From Haliotis rufescens (lineage: Eukaryota): a DNA stretch of 64,000 nt. Under the pieces are notes generated by a model, which searched no databases, was not told the origin of the DNA, and saw only the letters and a program-made list of their open reading frames with translations. Positions 1-10,768 of this stretch are shown in pieces. The stretch is from contig NW_025964235.1 of the NCBI RefSeq assembly GCF_023055435.1, positions 1,612,001 through 1,676,000 of the forward strand. The letters are read 5' to 3'. Position numbers and translations under genes: made by a program. Every line of letters starts with the position of its first letter. Within the stretch, counting starts at the first letter, position 1.

Positions 1-185
1 TTTTCATGTTGCCAGAATTACATGACAGCGGCATAAACTTACATTGACTCCTTTACTCCCTGACCACTATGGGGGATATAGTAGCGCAATTTCATTTGAA
101 TGTTCTCTTCACTCTAGTGTAGTGTACACTCAATGAATGCTCACATTTTATTCGTAGATTCATATTATCATAGTTCCCGTTTTAG

Positions 186-330
186 GTGAGCTAAAAGATG
201 TTGCTGAAACCCCTTACGACCTGCGGAGCCCGGTGCGGCTGGGAGATGACATGACGTCAGTTCCGGGTGGAACAGGATACACTGTCAGCTATAACTTGGA
301 GGATTCGGGGACCCTGAAACACGTGGCAAG
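186..330 (+). CDS. GALM: Aldose 1-epimerase (galactose mutarotase), internal exon
   Basis: ttttag acceptor and gtggg donor. Translates (G)ELKDVAETPYDLRSPVRLGDDMTSVPGGTGYTVSYNLEDSGTLKHVA(R), which aligns to the GEV..V..T.FDLRKPV.LG region of GALM. Upstream exons lie outside the window. Confidence 0.88.
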
Positions 331-545
331 GTGGGAATAACGTTAGTCACGTGGTGAGCGTGACATTTGTATCTCAGAGCTTCACGTAGCAGGGTGGGCG
401 TGACGTTTTGTATCTCCGAGCTTCACGTCACATGGTGAACTAGGCAATCAGCAGGATGGACAAATATGTCCTGCTCAGTAGGAATCCAACATGCTTCAGT
501 TTCCCACCGTGTCCAGCCACTTGCCTTGTTTCTCCTCATTTACAG

Positions 546-720
546 AGTGGAGCATCCCCCATCAGGCCGTGTCCTCGAAATGTCCACAACAGAACCCTCT
601 GTCTTATTCTACACCAGCTACTATCTGGATGCCAAGGGCAAAGGCAAAGGTGGCGCCACCTATGGGAAGTTTGCAGGCGTTTGCCTTGAAGCCCAGCATC
701 ACCCGGACAGTGTGAATCAG
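546..720 (+). CDS. GALM: Aldose 1-epimerase, penultimate exon (catalytic Glu motif)
   Basis: tttacag acceptor in a phase matching the previous exon. Encodes VEHPPSGRVLEMSTTEPSVLFYTSYYLDAKGKGKGGATYGKFAGVCLEAQHHPDSVNQ, with the CLExQ..PD..N mutarotase signature. CAG/gtgagt donor at 721. Confidence 0.92.
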
Positions 721-1110
721 GTGAGTCAACGCAATCGCCTTGAAGCCCAGCATCACCCGGACAGTATGAATCAGGTGAGTCAACGCAATCGCCTTGATGC
801 CCAGCATCACCCGGACAGTGTGAATCAGGTGAGTCAACGCAATTGTCTTGCAGCCCAGCATCACCCGGACAGTGTGAATCAGGTGAGTCAACGCAATCGC
901 CTTGAAGCCCAGCATCACCCGGACAGTGTGAATCAGGTGAGTCAACGCAATTGTCTTGAAGCCCAGCATCACCCGGACAGTGTGAATCAGGTGAGTCAAC
1001 GCAATCGCCTTGAAGCCCAGCATCACCCGGACAGTGTGAATCAGGTGAGTCAACGCAATCGCCTTGAAGCCCAGCATCACCCGGACAGTGTGAATCAGGT
1101 GAGTCAACGC
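685..1110 (+). repeat. 54-bp tandem repeat (8 copies) spanning the GALM exon end and 5' splice site
   Basis: Unit cttgaagcccagcatcacccggacagtgtgaatcaggtgagtcaacgcaatcgc; gtgagt donors at 721, 775, 829, 883, 937, 991, 1045 and 1099. Confidence 0.95.
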
Positions 1111-1459
1111 CATATCCTGAAATGTAACACAGACTTGAAGCATTTTGTAGCACAGTTGATGGAAGCACCTGAAACAGACATAAAATACTCACAACACACC
1201 TTTTTGGGGCATAAATACTATTTTGCTATCTCGACAACTACGCTACAAAGCGGTATTGTACGTGACCCACGTGACCCATGTGTACCCATATGGCGGAGTC
1301 CTGGCAGGGAAGATGTACATATTCTTTAAGATGTTTATTCAGGTGAGGAAGTGATAAAATCAAGGGAGGTCACCCAAACGAGCAGCTTCATTTCATCATT
1401 TATCCTCGTGCCAAATTTGCCAATGTCGAGAGACTTTATTGCAAGAGACATTGTTTCAG

Positions 1460-1543
1460 CCCAGTTTCCCCAGTACGATCCTCCGACCCGGCGAGACCTA
1501 CAGACAGACAACCGTCTACAGATTCAGTGTAGACACCCAGTAG
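1460..1543 (+). CDS. GALM: Aldose 1-epimerase, terminal exon
   Basis: tgtttcag acceptor (phase 0). PSFPSTILRPGETYRQTTVYRFSVDTQ-stop matches the P.FP..LLRPGE.Y...T.F.F C-terminus of GALM. Confidence 0.92.
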   Translation, partial: PSFPSTILRPGETYRQTTVYRFSVDTQ

Positions 1544-1871
1544 ACAAGCAGACACTGTCTACAAATTCAGCGTAGACAGGCAGTAGACTGGCAAACACAG
1601 TCTACAGATTCCATATAGAGGTCCAAAAGACTGTCCTCCCTCGCCATGTTGTCTGCGGCTTCGTCCATGGTAGAGTCACTCCGAGGGGCCGGATGAGGAC
1701 CACTCCTTTCCAGTAAATATCTATGTAGAGCAAATATATTATTCCTCGGTCATATAAAGTAAAGCTGCTCTCAGTTTAAATCATCATGCGTTGTATTTCA
1801 TGGGCGACGCTAAAGAACTCATTGCTGTTTATGTGTTTACCTATAGTGATAAGGAATTAAATGTGCTACTT

Positions 1872-3680
1872 AGAAGATAAATACTATGTGTGTGTCTATT
1901 TCCGGGATTTTATCGAGTATTTGCATCTTGAAAATTCATCTCGAGACCCGAAAGCGTTAGCTTGTGGGGCTCGAATGAAAATTTCCAAGATGCAAATACT
2001 CGATAAAATCCCGGAAATAGACACACACATAATATTTATCGATATTGTAAACCTATTGTTTTATTTAGAAAAAAACATGCGCACTCTTTAACACCTCGTA
2101 CTTACTCGGTTGTGAGGCGTCAACATCGGACGTTCTGTCGCTGCTATGGTGATTGTGATTTTGGTAATTAACGAACACCGGTAATGAGACGCAAATATCA
2201 TCACGTATATTTCAGCTGCGATACCTACATCCTTGAATTCCTCATACATTTTAGAATCAAATGCCAAATGGTCTTTGTCACCAATACAAATTGTCTAAAT
2301 GTAATGAAGCAAAATAAATGAGGTGTGAAAACGAACGCTGAAAAAACTGCACTTGATGGAAATGTAAACAAAGCCATTCGTCTATTCGTTGAGTACATTG
2401 GCTCGAGATCTGCATTTTCAGAATATACACGGGAAGAGAATCGTAGGAAGAATTAGGGAATTAAACATATATACATTGCAATAATTTGATATTTTCAACA
2501 GAACTTGTCGAAGTTCCCGTCCTGTGTGACGCCATGACTGACGCAAAATCAAGCACAACGACAACGGCATTTATCAGAATTTCTGACTATTTTCGTTGGT
2601 TTCAATAAAAATACAACAGCAAAAAACAGTACACAGATTGTCAGAATGTTTCTGATTACTTACATGTCACATTTATGTATATACGAACCCTGAATCAACG
2701 AAAGTCCCCTCGTAAAATCCCGCGCACTGTTGACAGTCAACACGCCATTTTGTAAAATTCGGTCACCGGTAGTGATGTCAAACTTCAACATATTTGTTGT
2801 ACATATTTGGTAATTTCTCTGAGGTGAAGGTCCTTGAATGAAAGTACACACACGATCATTGTTAACTGCTTTTTTACTGTTTCATGATGTAGATCTTTCA
2901 TATCTTTTGTACATTTTTTTCACACAATTAATTTCACTTTGGATATTAATCAATGTTCAATATGATATCATACGTAGATATAGGCCACAACATATATGAA
3001 CGTTTGATAATCTCCTGTTTGTTTGAACAATGTTCACATATGAAGTTGATAAGTTTATAGTGTCGTATACGATATTTCTTTAATTTGAACAAGTGTACAT
3101 GTGACAGGTACATTTACATTTCATCTTGTATGTATTTCTAGGAAGTGTAATAGTCAATATTATAAGTTCATATAAATAGTGTCCATGAATAGCCGTTTGA
3201 TTTTATTTTAAAACTAAAACTGACGATATAACTTAACCAAAATCGATATTATTTTTCGTTAAATTATATGCACACATTTCTTGAAGAATTGGCTTGGTCT
3301 TTGAATTTTTTTTATGCGGTTTGATATACAGAACAGTGTTATCTGAGGATTCGCCAGGAGCGCGTTAGTCGCTATGGTGATTGTGATTTTGGTAATTATT
3401 TCATTGTAAAAAATTTTAATTAAAAATTTAAAATCCCAATAATTCCCACGAATAGAGAAAATCAAAATATGTGTTATGAATGTTAATTTTGTATTTCAAT
3501 TTGCGTCCATTGTTAATTAGTATGCAAAAAATGCTGAGTAATTATGTATTCCTACACAGTGATTCGGTCGCTTGCTTCAGGGAATGCAAATCATATTTTC
3601 ACCCTTTGACATTTGGTCATGTGACCCAAATTAGCCAATCACAACACAGAACACACTTTCTATATGTTTACAATTTTGGT
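1872..3680. mobile_element. Putative non-autonomous element with a long terminal hairpin, bounded by 50-bp direct repeats
   Basis: Near-perfect inverted repeat at about 1876-2040. The same 50-mer occurs at 1822-1871, 3684-3733 and (one mismatch) 3739-3788. Internal duplicated motif gctatggtgattgtgattttggtaatta at about 2143 and 3371. No ORF. Confidence 0.45.
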
Positions 3681-3949
3681 TGCTTGCTGTTTATGTGTTT
3701 ACCTATAGTGATAAGGAATTAAATGTGCTACTTGTTGCTTGCTGTTTATTTGTTTACCTATAGTGATAAGGAATTAAATGTGCTACTTGTTGCTTGCTGT
3801 TATTGTTTGTGTGCCTTGTTAGTATTAGTTTCTCGTGGAAACACAAGAGACAAAAAGGAAAGAAATCAGTATATTTTCTTGTGACAAACGGGGGATAATT
3901 AGAAGGTTTTTTTCACCGTACACCTCCGTGCCGGGTAGTTTTTAAATAT

Positions 3950-4240
3950 GAATGCTCCACAGACAGAAGATAGCTTTCTACCGTTGATTTGACTGTGGTT
4001 ATTGGCATCTTCCCGAGGCAAGGGAGTTGACCGACTATAAAATTCCAGTTTCCACCCTTGCCGAACTAGGCTGGGTTTTCGGAGTTCTATTTGGCTGGAC
4101 TAACGAGTCTATGCATAGTCCAATCAAAATCTCGTAACGAAATCGACATCCGGTTCTACTCGGGATTTACAAAGCAATGTGTACCGCCAACTCGGCGTTG
4201 ACAGAATTCCAAATATATTCATGTCTTTAATCAAGGTGCT
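3950..4240. mobile_element. Dispersed repeat (non-autonomous DNA element fragment), second copy at about 36500-36790 in opposite orientation
   Basis: ttggctggactaacgagtctatgcatagtccaatcaaaat and the flanking tttccacccttgccgaact match the reverse complement of 36635-36720. Confidence 0.65.
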
Positions 4241-4244
4241 CAAG

Positions 4245-5354
4245 TAACTCGATGCAACTCGCGTGGTAAGACCCATTTTGTAATTAAAGCTTGTAAAATG
4301 AAAACATTGTCCATTGTTGAATATCCAGCTCTAAATCCTGCTTGTTCTTCATAAATGTTTCCCATTGCATCTGACCAAAACGTTAATCTGCCATTAAGAA
4401 TCATGGGATATAATTTTCCAAAACAACTCAGTACAGATATTCCCCGATAGTTATCAACATTTTTCTTATCACCCTTTTTATGCAATGGAACAATGATTGT
4501 TTTTTACCATTCCGAAGGAAAAACTTCTTAATCATATAGAGAATTGAACAATACAAGTAAATATGGAACAAGGATACTATCTGAACACTGAAACATTTCA
4601 CTTATTACAAAATCTGTTCCAGCTACTTTATTACATTACAACTTACGAATATTGTTTTGTATTTTCTCACTGCTGATAGGGGCATTAAATATATCATCAG
4701 TGGCAGATTTAACCCAATTAGTACCAGTATACTCATCCGTTACTCATCCGTACACTTTCAGTATTCAAGGTGTGTGTATCGTCTTCATAAAAAAAGTAGA
4801 TATGTCTGACTCTGCAATGCTGAACAGGTTTTTAAAATACTCTGAATTTATGTTATTTTTATCCTTACTAGTACCTGATAAAGCTTGAACTTTGTGCCAA
4901 ATTATCCTTCATTGAATCTATCAATTCAGATTGACGTTTAATCTCGAAAGAACTTTTCGCATTCCTACATACAGCTTTATACGTATTTCTTGCAGCAATA
5001 TAGCTCTGAAGAGACACTTTGTCTTTATATTTACAAAATACATTGAGATAATGACATCTCTGTTTTTTAACATTCACATTTAGCATCATACCAATCTTTA
5101 AAACCTGCAAATGGTCTTACACAACGCTTGATACAATCAACTGATCGCAATAAGATATCTGTGAACAGTTTAATCCCGTAATCAATGTCTGGTGAGGCTA
5201 TGTGTACCACATCCTCCAATTCTTCATTGAGAGATGCTAACATTTCAATGAATATATACCTATTATCCTCATTCCATGAATACTTACTACCACTGATCAG
5301 TGGGTCACCTGAACGGGCCTCTGTTGTGGTCCCTGATAGATCAATATTCGTAGA
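4245..5354 (-). mobile_element. CR1/L2-like LINE ORF2 fragment (linker and N-terminal RT), degenerate
   Basis: HKKGDKKNVDNYRGISVLSCFGKLY...EEQAGFRAGYSTMDNVFILQALI is typical non-LTR RT domains 1-2; DWYDAKC matches the linker PW/WF motif. Frameshifted. Confidence 0.85.
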
Positions 5355-6465
5355 TATACCGAACAACAAAAGTTCCTGTGACATTGAATAAGATTTAATG
5401 CAAAGTTATGTTTTTTACCAAATCTGAAACAATTTCGGTTTGCAACAGATAAAATACTCCTGTAAGTGCCATACTGACTTCAGAAAATGCGTGATTTCAT
5501 AAAAAAAACAACATGAACATGCCAAAATGTCAATTTACAAATCAATAGCGTGTGTGTCCACCTCTGGATGCGATTAAAGCAACACATCTTCGTCTCATGG
5601 AATGGACCAGGCGTCGCACAAAGTCCTGTGGGATATCTGTACATATCTGCTGGAGCATGTCTGGAAGTTCCTGGAGTGTCTGTGGAACACGTGGTTGACG
5701 TCGAAGGCGCCAATCCATCTCATCCCACATGTCCTCGATTGGTGAGAGATCAGGGGAGCGAGCCGGCCAGGGGATGACATTCACGTTGTTTTGTTGAAGA
5801 GAATCCTGAACAAGTCGAGCAATATGAGGCCGGGCGTTGTCATGTTGAAAGGTTATGCCTGGGCCATGACGACGCAAAAACGGTAGAACAATAGGGCCGA
5901 TGATCTCGTCGCGGTAGCGCTGTCAATCGAGATTTCCTTCTACCACTATCAAACGGGTCCTCTGTCTGTCTGTTATCCCATCCCATACCATAACACTGCC
6001 GCCGCCGAGCCGATCTTCTTCCATGACACAATGTTGCCAACGTTGCCATAAACACCAGATGGTGTTTCTGTGGACGTTAAATTGTATCGCAACATCACGT
6101 TGACTCGATCATGCTTCAAGCATACCAATGGCTCGCAGACGCTCATTTTCGGACAGGCGTGGCATTTCGTAATGTTGAATGATTGAGTAATTTTGTTGTT
6201 TTTCTGAGTGGTTGGTGTCAGCACGATGCTAAACAATGCATATGGAATCCCGTTAACGCACATGTTTTTATACCAATTCTTGGGTAGTGAAATGCATGGG
6301 GCTTGCATAAAAGTAAACTTTTGCTTGGAATGCATGCTTTTCTGTAGCAGTTGCGTTTTTGTGACTTGATTCCATACATGTACTACAATATTGAAAACCA
6401 AACTTTACTTGTTTGAAAAATACACTAAAATATTGGTGTCACAGGAACTTTGGTTGTTGAGTATA
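5355..6465 (-). mobile_element. Tc1-like DNA transposon (degenerate), inserted at TA in the LINE
   Basis: TIRs tataccgaacaacaaaagttcctgtgaca and tgtcacaggaactttggttgttgagtata. Transposase remnants FQHDNARPH...WPARSPDLSPIEDMW...GGHTRY at 5542-5877. Confidence 0.9.
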
Positions 6466-6700
6466 GATTAAATGCTATGGGAGATGTTCTGATTCACTTC
6501 TTGAAATAATTTTAAAAGACAGAACTTTCTCAAATAACCAGCATGACCCAATGACATAATCAATTACACTGCATCCACTATCTCCAACAAATGTATAATC
6601 GCCTTTTTCTTTGTCAGTTTCACATCGACCGTTTAGAATGTGCAAATTCAATAGTTTCATTCTCTTATACAAACACCATCTCATTCAAGTTGTTCAGTTA
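6466..6700 (-). mobile_element. LINE APE endonuclease fragment, continuous with 4245-5354 once the Tc1 is removed
   Basis: LHILNGR...GDYTF....GCSVIDYVI...SESEHLP is the C-terminal APE motif set. Confidence 0.85.
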
Positions 6701-6781
6701 TAGGAACATGTTGCAGAACGTGGACTTGGCAGGTCCTGTTGAACATGTCACTACCTGAGTGAGTGAGTGAGTGAGTGAGTC

Positions 6782-7600
6782 CTGAAGGACGCTGGGTATG
6801 GAGTGTCAAGCGATTTGACCAGACGCCAACGACAACAGCTGAAAGATCTCAAAGACACAGGGATGCGCGGTTACTGAAAGAAAAGAAAAAAGAATGTTAC
6901 AAACATGTATAAATACCTCGGTGTTGTTTTACCGTTTAACCTTAATCTTAAACATCTAGTTAACGATCTCGCCCTACGAGCAAAAAAGGCCCTAATAAAT
7001 CTATTTGTCGTTCTAGATAAATTGCGTGTTATCTCACCTACTATTTTTTTCAAAATGTTTGATGCTCAAGTTCAACCAATCTTATTATATGGATCAGAGG
7101 TCTGGGGTTTTGAAACCTATTACAATATTGAAAAGGTACACTTAACTGCATGTAAAAGATTTCTAAATGTTTATAAATCAGCTCCAAATCATATGGTCTA
7201 TGGCGAATGTGGTAGATACCCGTTATATATTTGTTCATATTTACGTTTACTCAGATACTGGCTCAAAATAACAGAGATGTCGCGGGAACGAATCCCAAGA
7301 AAATGCTACGAAATGCTTGTCTATCGTGATAGTGTTGGTTACGTAACCTGGGCATCAAACATTAAGCATTTACTCTTCTCTCACGGATTTGGATATGTTT
7401 GGCTAAATTAAAGCGTTGGAGACAAAATGTATTTTCTTAGCTCTTTTAAGCAGGTAGCAATTGATATGTTTACTCAAAACTGGAGGTCGTCACTAGATAA
7501 CAGTACACGCTACGACGTCTATAAAACCTTTAAATATTGTCTAACACCAGAGGTTTACCTGCATACTATAACAGAGAGAAAAATTAGAGACACATTTATT
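6782..7600 (+). mobile_element. LINE ORF1-like fragment followed by the RT C-terminal region
   Basis: LKDAGYGVSSDLTRRQRQQLKDL (ORF1-like, tentative), then YKYLGV...FDAQVQPILLYGSEVWG...IEKVHL..CKRFL...VYGECGRYPL. Confidence 0.85.
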
Positions 7601-8161
7601 CTTCCCCGCCCTTAAGGCGGGGAAGTATACGGGAAACGTTAAATTTGTGGCATGTATGTCGACATGTTGGTTTATTTGAAATTTCAAGCCACGCATTCAC
7701 GGAAACAAAACATACAAATCATGTGCGTCGAATGTTGATGCTATTCTTTTCCAGCATTAAGAGATACTTCAAAATCGTCTTTATGTAGTTAATTGATGCA
7801 TCTGACCGTTTCTGGTCATAAGCTGACATTATTAAACCATTCATGTGTAATCCGATGTCCTTTTTTCCTCAAGGACTAATTTTCTGATTTTCACGGTGTA
7901 TACAAAAGAAGAACTGTGCTCCGGAGATCGTAAATAACAGCATAATAAAAAATATGTTCTGAATATGCTTATTCATGAACAACGACGACATCTCAATTTA
8001 AATGTAATATGGCTGAATTCCATATTCTACATACCACACTTTTGATTGTTTGGATGCACATGTTCACTGGAAATATTTGGAATAGTTATATTCCGTATTT
8101 TGAATTAACCCTGTCCCCCGTGTGTGTTTTTTAATCAGTGCACCGCACATAACCACATGTG

Positions 8162-8945
8162 AAACGTTTGGTAGCAAAGTCAAAGCAAAATCGGAGTAGT
8201 GTGTCAGCGAATTTGCATCAAGGCTGTAGTATTTTTCAACCGTTTAATGGAATTCAATGTACAGCCGTAGCTCTGGTCATTCATATATTTTGTGTCCCAT
8301 AGCTCAAATCTATTTGCGTCTGTAACGTGTTCCACTGACCTCGATTATCTGTTGGATGAAGGCACAGCTCTCTACAGCCACAAAGTTAACACCGAAGGTT
8401 ATGAGGAGTATTTAGGTCATAATCAGTCCCCAGCAGCCACTGCCTCAAGCGATATTTTCTACATAACAGATCAGTTTTATGGCTCCGTCACAGGTGCTCC
8501 AAATATTGAAGCAGGGAAAACAAATTTCATAGAATCATTTCAAAAAGCAATATTGATATCCACGTCACTTTTGGTAACTTTTAATGATGTCTCCATTGCA
8601 ATTTTTACGGATTTCGATTCGTATGCATTATTTGACTGTCATCAGCGGAATGGTCTTGGTCAGATTGATCCGAATGGACAAGCGGTTTTACTTCTGTTAA
8701 GTAGTATGGATGAATTGTCATGTTACATCTTAACAGTGTATATATATCAGGCTACTATGCTTGTCGTAAGAGGCGTCGATCCCAATTGCGTGGATCGATG
8801 CTCATGATATTAGGCACTGGATTGTCTGGTCCAGACTCGATTATTTACAGACCGCCGTCATATAGCTGGGATATTGCTGAGTGCGGCGTTAAACGACAAA
8901 CCAATCAATCATCATCATATGAACTCAAACCAGTCATTGTTACAA
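8162..8945 (+). pseudogene. Decayed herpesvirus-tegument-like (peptidase C76/VTD) deubiquitinase domain inside the Helentron
   Basis: SANLHQGCSIFQPFNGIQCTAVAL (Cys codon 8258), frameshifted to LDYLLDEG...YALFDCHQRNGLGQIDPNGQAVLL; SINE fragment at about 8750-8910, then YELKPV. Confidence 0.7.
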
Positions 8946-9394
8946 GTAAACCACATTCCACAACAGTTACTGACACTGGATAAAAGACAGTATATAGAAA
9001 AAAACCAAGTAACTCAACTCATCATGATCACAATTACTATTCTTTGAAAGAAAGAAATACAAAAAAAACTGACCAAAAAACGTAAAACAAGGGATCTCCG
9101 TTATTGATTAGTCCCGGTATTGAAATGTTCTCCAACTACGTGATAATATTTTGAGTATGTGCATCTGTGGTTGTGACAAAAAGACCTTATCTAGTATGAC
9201 TTTTTTTTGCCATATGGAGCCCTTAGTATTTTCATTTACATTATTATAACCAAATGCTAAGTGTAAAAAGAATGTGATCTATTTTTTGAGTATGTGCATC
9301 TGCCAATGTTGTTGGCAGTTTTGATACTATTTCCACATGTTTACATTTGTGCAAGAAATTGCTTCCATTTCCTTCGATCTACTTTTTAAATAAA

Positions 9395-9620
9395 GACCCA
9401 GGTAAGAATAGGTCTTCAGCAACCTATGCTTGCCGTAAGAGGCGACTAACAGGATTGGGTAGTCAGGCTCGCCGACTTGGTCGATGCATAACATCATATT
9501 CCAATTGCGTAGTTCGATGCTCTTGGTGTCAATCACTGGATAATCTGGTCCAGACTGGATTATTTACAGACCTCCGTCATATGGCTGGAATAATGCTGAG
9601 TGCGGCGTTAAACAAGAAAC
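9395..9620 (+). mobile_element. SINE family A copy (partial copies also at about 8750-8910, 11855-11950 and 19875-19960)
   Basis: Matches the consensus ...tagaataggtcttcagcaacccatgcttg...ccagactcgattatttacagaccgccgtcatatagctggaatattgctgagtgcggcgttaaacaacaaa, repeated throughout the window. Confidence 0.85.
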
Positions 9621-9830
9621 TATTTTTAAATAGACCTACCCTATGCAAATGTATCAACTGTATTGCCCAATACTCAAAATAAATAATATTTTTTTCCACA
9701 ACAGCGTTGTGTTATTTGTGGTTAATTTAATTATGCTCCATCATGCCTTTCAGTAACATCATAATTATGCGTTTGTGAGGCATCACATATGGCGGGGAAC
9801 TTTGATGCTCTGCATCAATGTTTTCTTGTT

Positions 9831-10498
9831 AAACTTAGGCTAGGGTTAAATGATTTGATGTGCAACAGGGGTCGCTTCTCCTCTATTCCTAAGGATATGC
9901 GTTTTTGTCCATTCTGCGAAAACCATATTGAAAACGAATTACACTTTTTGTTTATATGTCCAATTTACGACAACCTAAGATTGAAATATATGCCTGATAT
10001 CACTAAGAACCACTATTCCATGAACAAAATACTATCTTTTAATGGTATCCCTAGTCAAAAATTAACTAAGATATTACAATACATCTATCAAAGTCTACGA
10101 GTGCGTAGTAAATTACTTAGTGAATCCGATATGTCCAGAAATAATTAGTTCTTTTGAAACTTTCGCATCTAGATCAGGAGTATATACATTTCATTTTTGT
10201 CTGTTTGTTTCTACTAGAAATGCATATACATTTAAATTGTCAAATTGTCATGACATGATATTACTGATAGATTCTTTTGTATTGAACGTCGTGCTATGCT
10301 ATTCCATTCCTTTTGTATTTTATACTACTACTGCCACTGTGGTTATTACCACTGTTATTACAATACCTCTATTACATGTCAAGCATCATATTAGTTATCC
10401 AATAATTATATAATGCGCTGTACAGCTGTAAATGATATTGTTTATCTGTATGTGTATATGGGCCAATGGCCTTTCATACAATAAAGATTGATTGATTG
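9831..10498 (+). mobile_element. LINE 3' end: CCHC-like C-terminus, 3' UTR and (GATT)n tail
   Basis: KLRLGLNDL...RFCPFCENHIENELHFLFICPIYDNLR; ends caataaagattgattgattg. Confidence 0.85.
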
Positions 10499-10768
10499 AG
10501 TGAGTGAGTGAGTTGGGTTTAACGCCGCCGTTTACATTATAACAGTTATAGCGCGGCTTGTCACCTTAATGTGAGAGGAAAGCCCAAAGTGATGAAGGCC
10601 TCAGACGTGAAACCCACGAGCATGGGTATGGTGCTGACAAACCTGGAAATATAACCAGGGCGAGCTGGGATTCGAACCCACAACCATAGGTTTCTGGCAT
10701 GCCCATGGGACGCAACTCTGCACTGCGAATCGCGGCGCCTTCGACGAATGAACCACCCGGGCCCCCCT
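10496..10768 (-). mobile_element. tRNA-derived SINE family B (copies at about 38822-39100, partial at 17168-17300 and 38168-38230)
   Basis: Minus-strand head with B-box-like ggttcgaatccc, shared body and (CTCA)n tail; collinear with the 38822-39100 copy. Confidence 0.8.

Larger units (their letters stand above)
7601..9830 (+). mobile_element. Helentron/DINE-like rolling-circle element inserted in the LINE
   Basis: 5' sub-terminal inverted repeat cttccccgcc..ggcggggaag. 3' ggcggggaac, then hairpin tgatgctctgcatca, ending in cttgtt. Removing it rejoins the LINE in frame (acatttatt|aaacttagg = DTFI|KLRLG). Confidence 0.8.

Noticed and set aside
536-1192. Antisense Cys/Gly-rich repeat ORF resembling collagen or EGF repeats
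   Set aside because: It is simply the reverse frame of the 54-bp array, with no independent gene signals.
466-1329. 287-aa ORF as a stand-alone gene
   Set aside because: It is intron, the GALM exon and read-through of the 54-bp repeat; the real structure is spliced.
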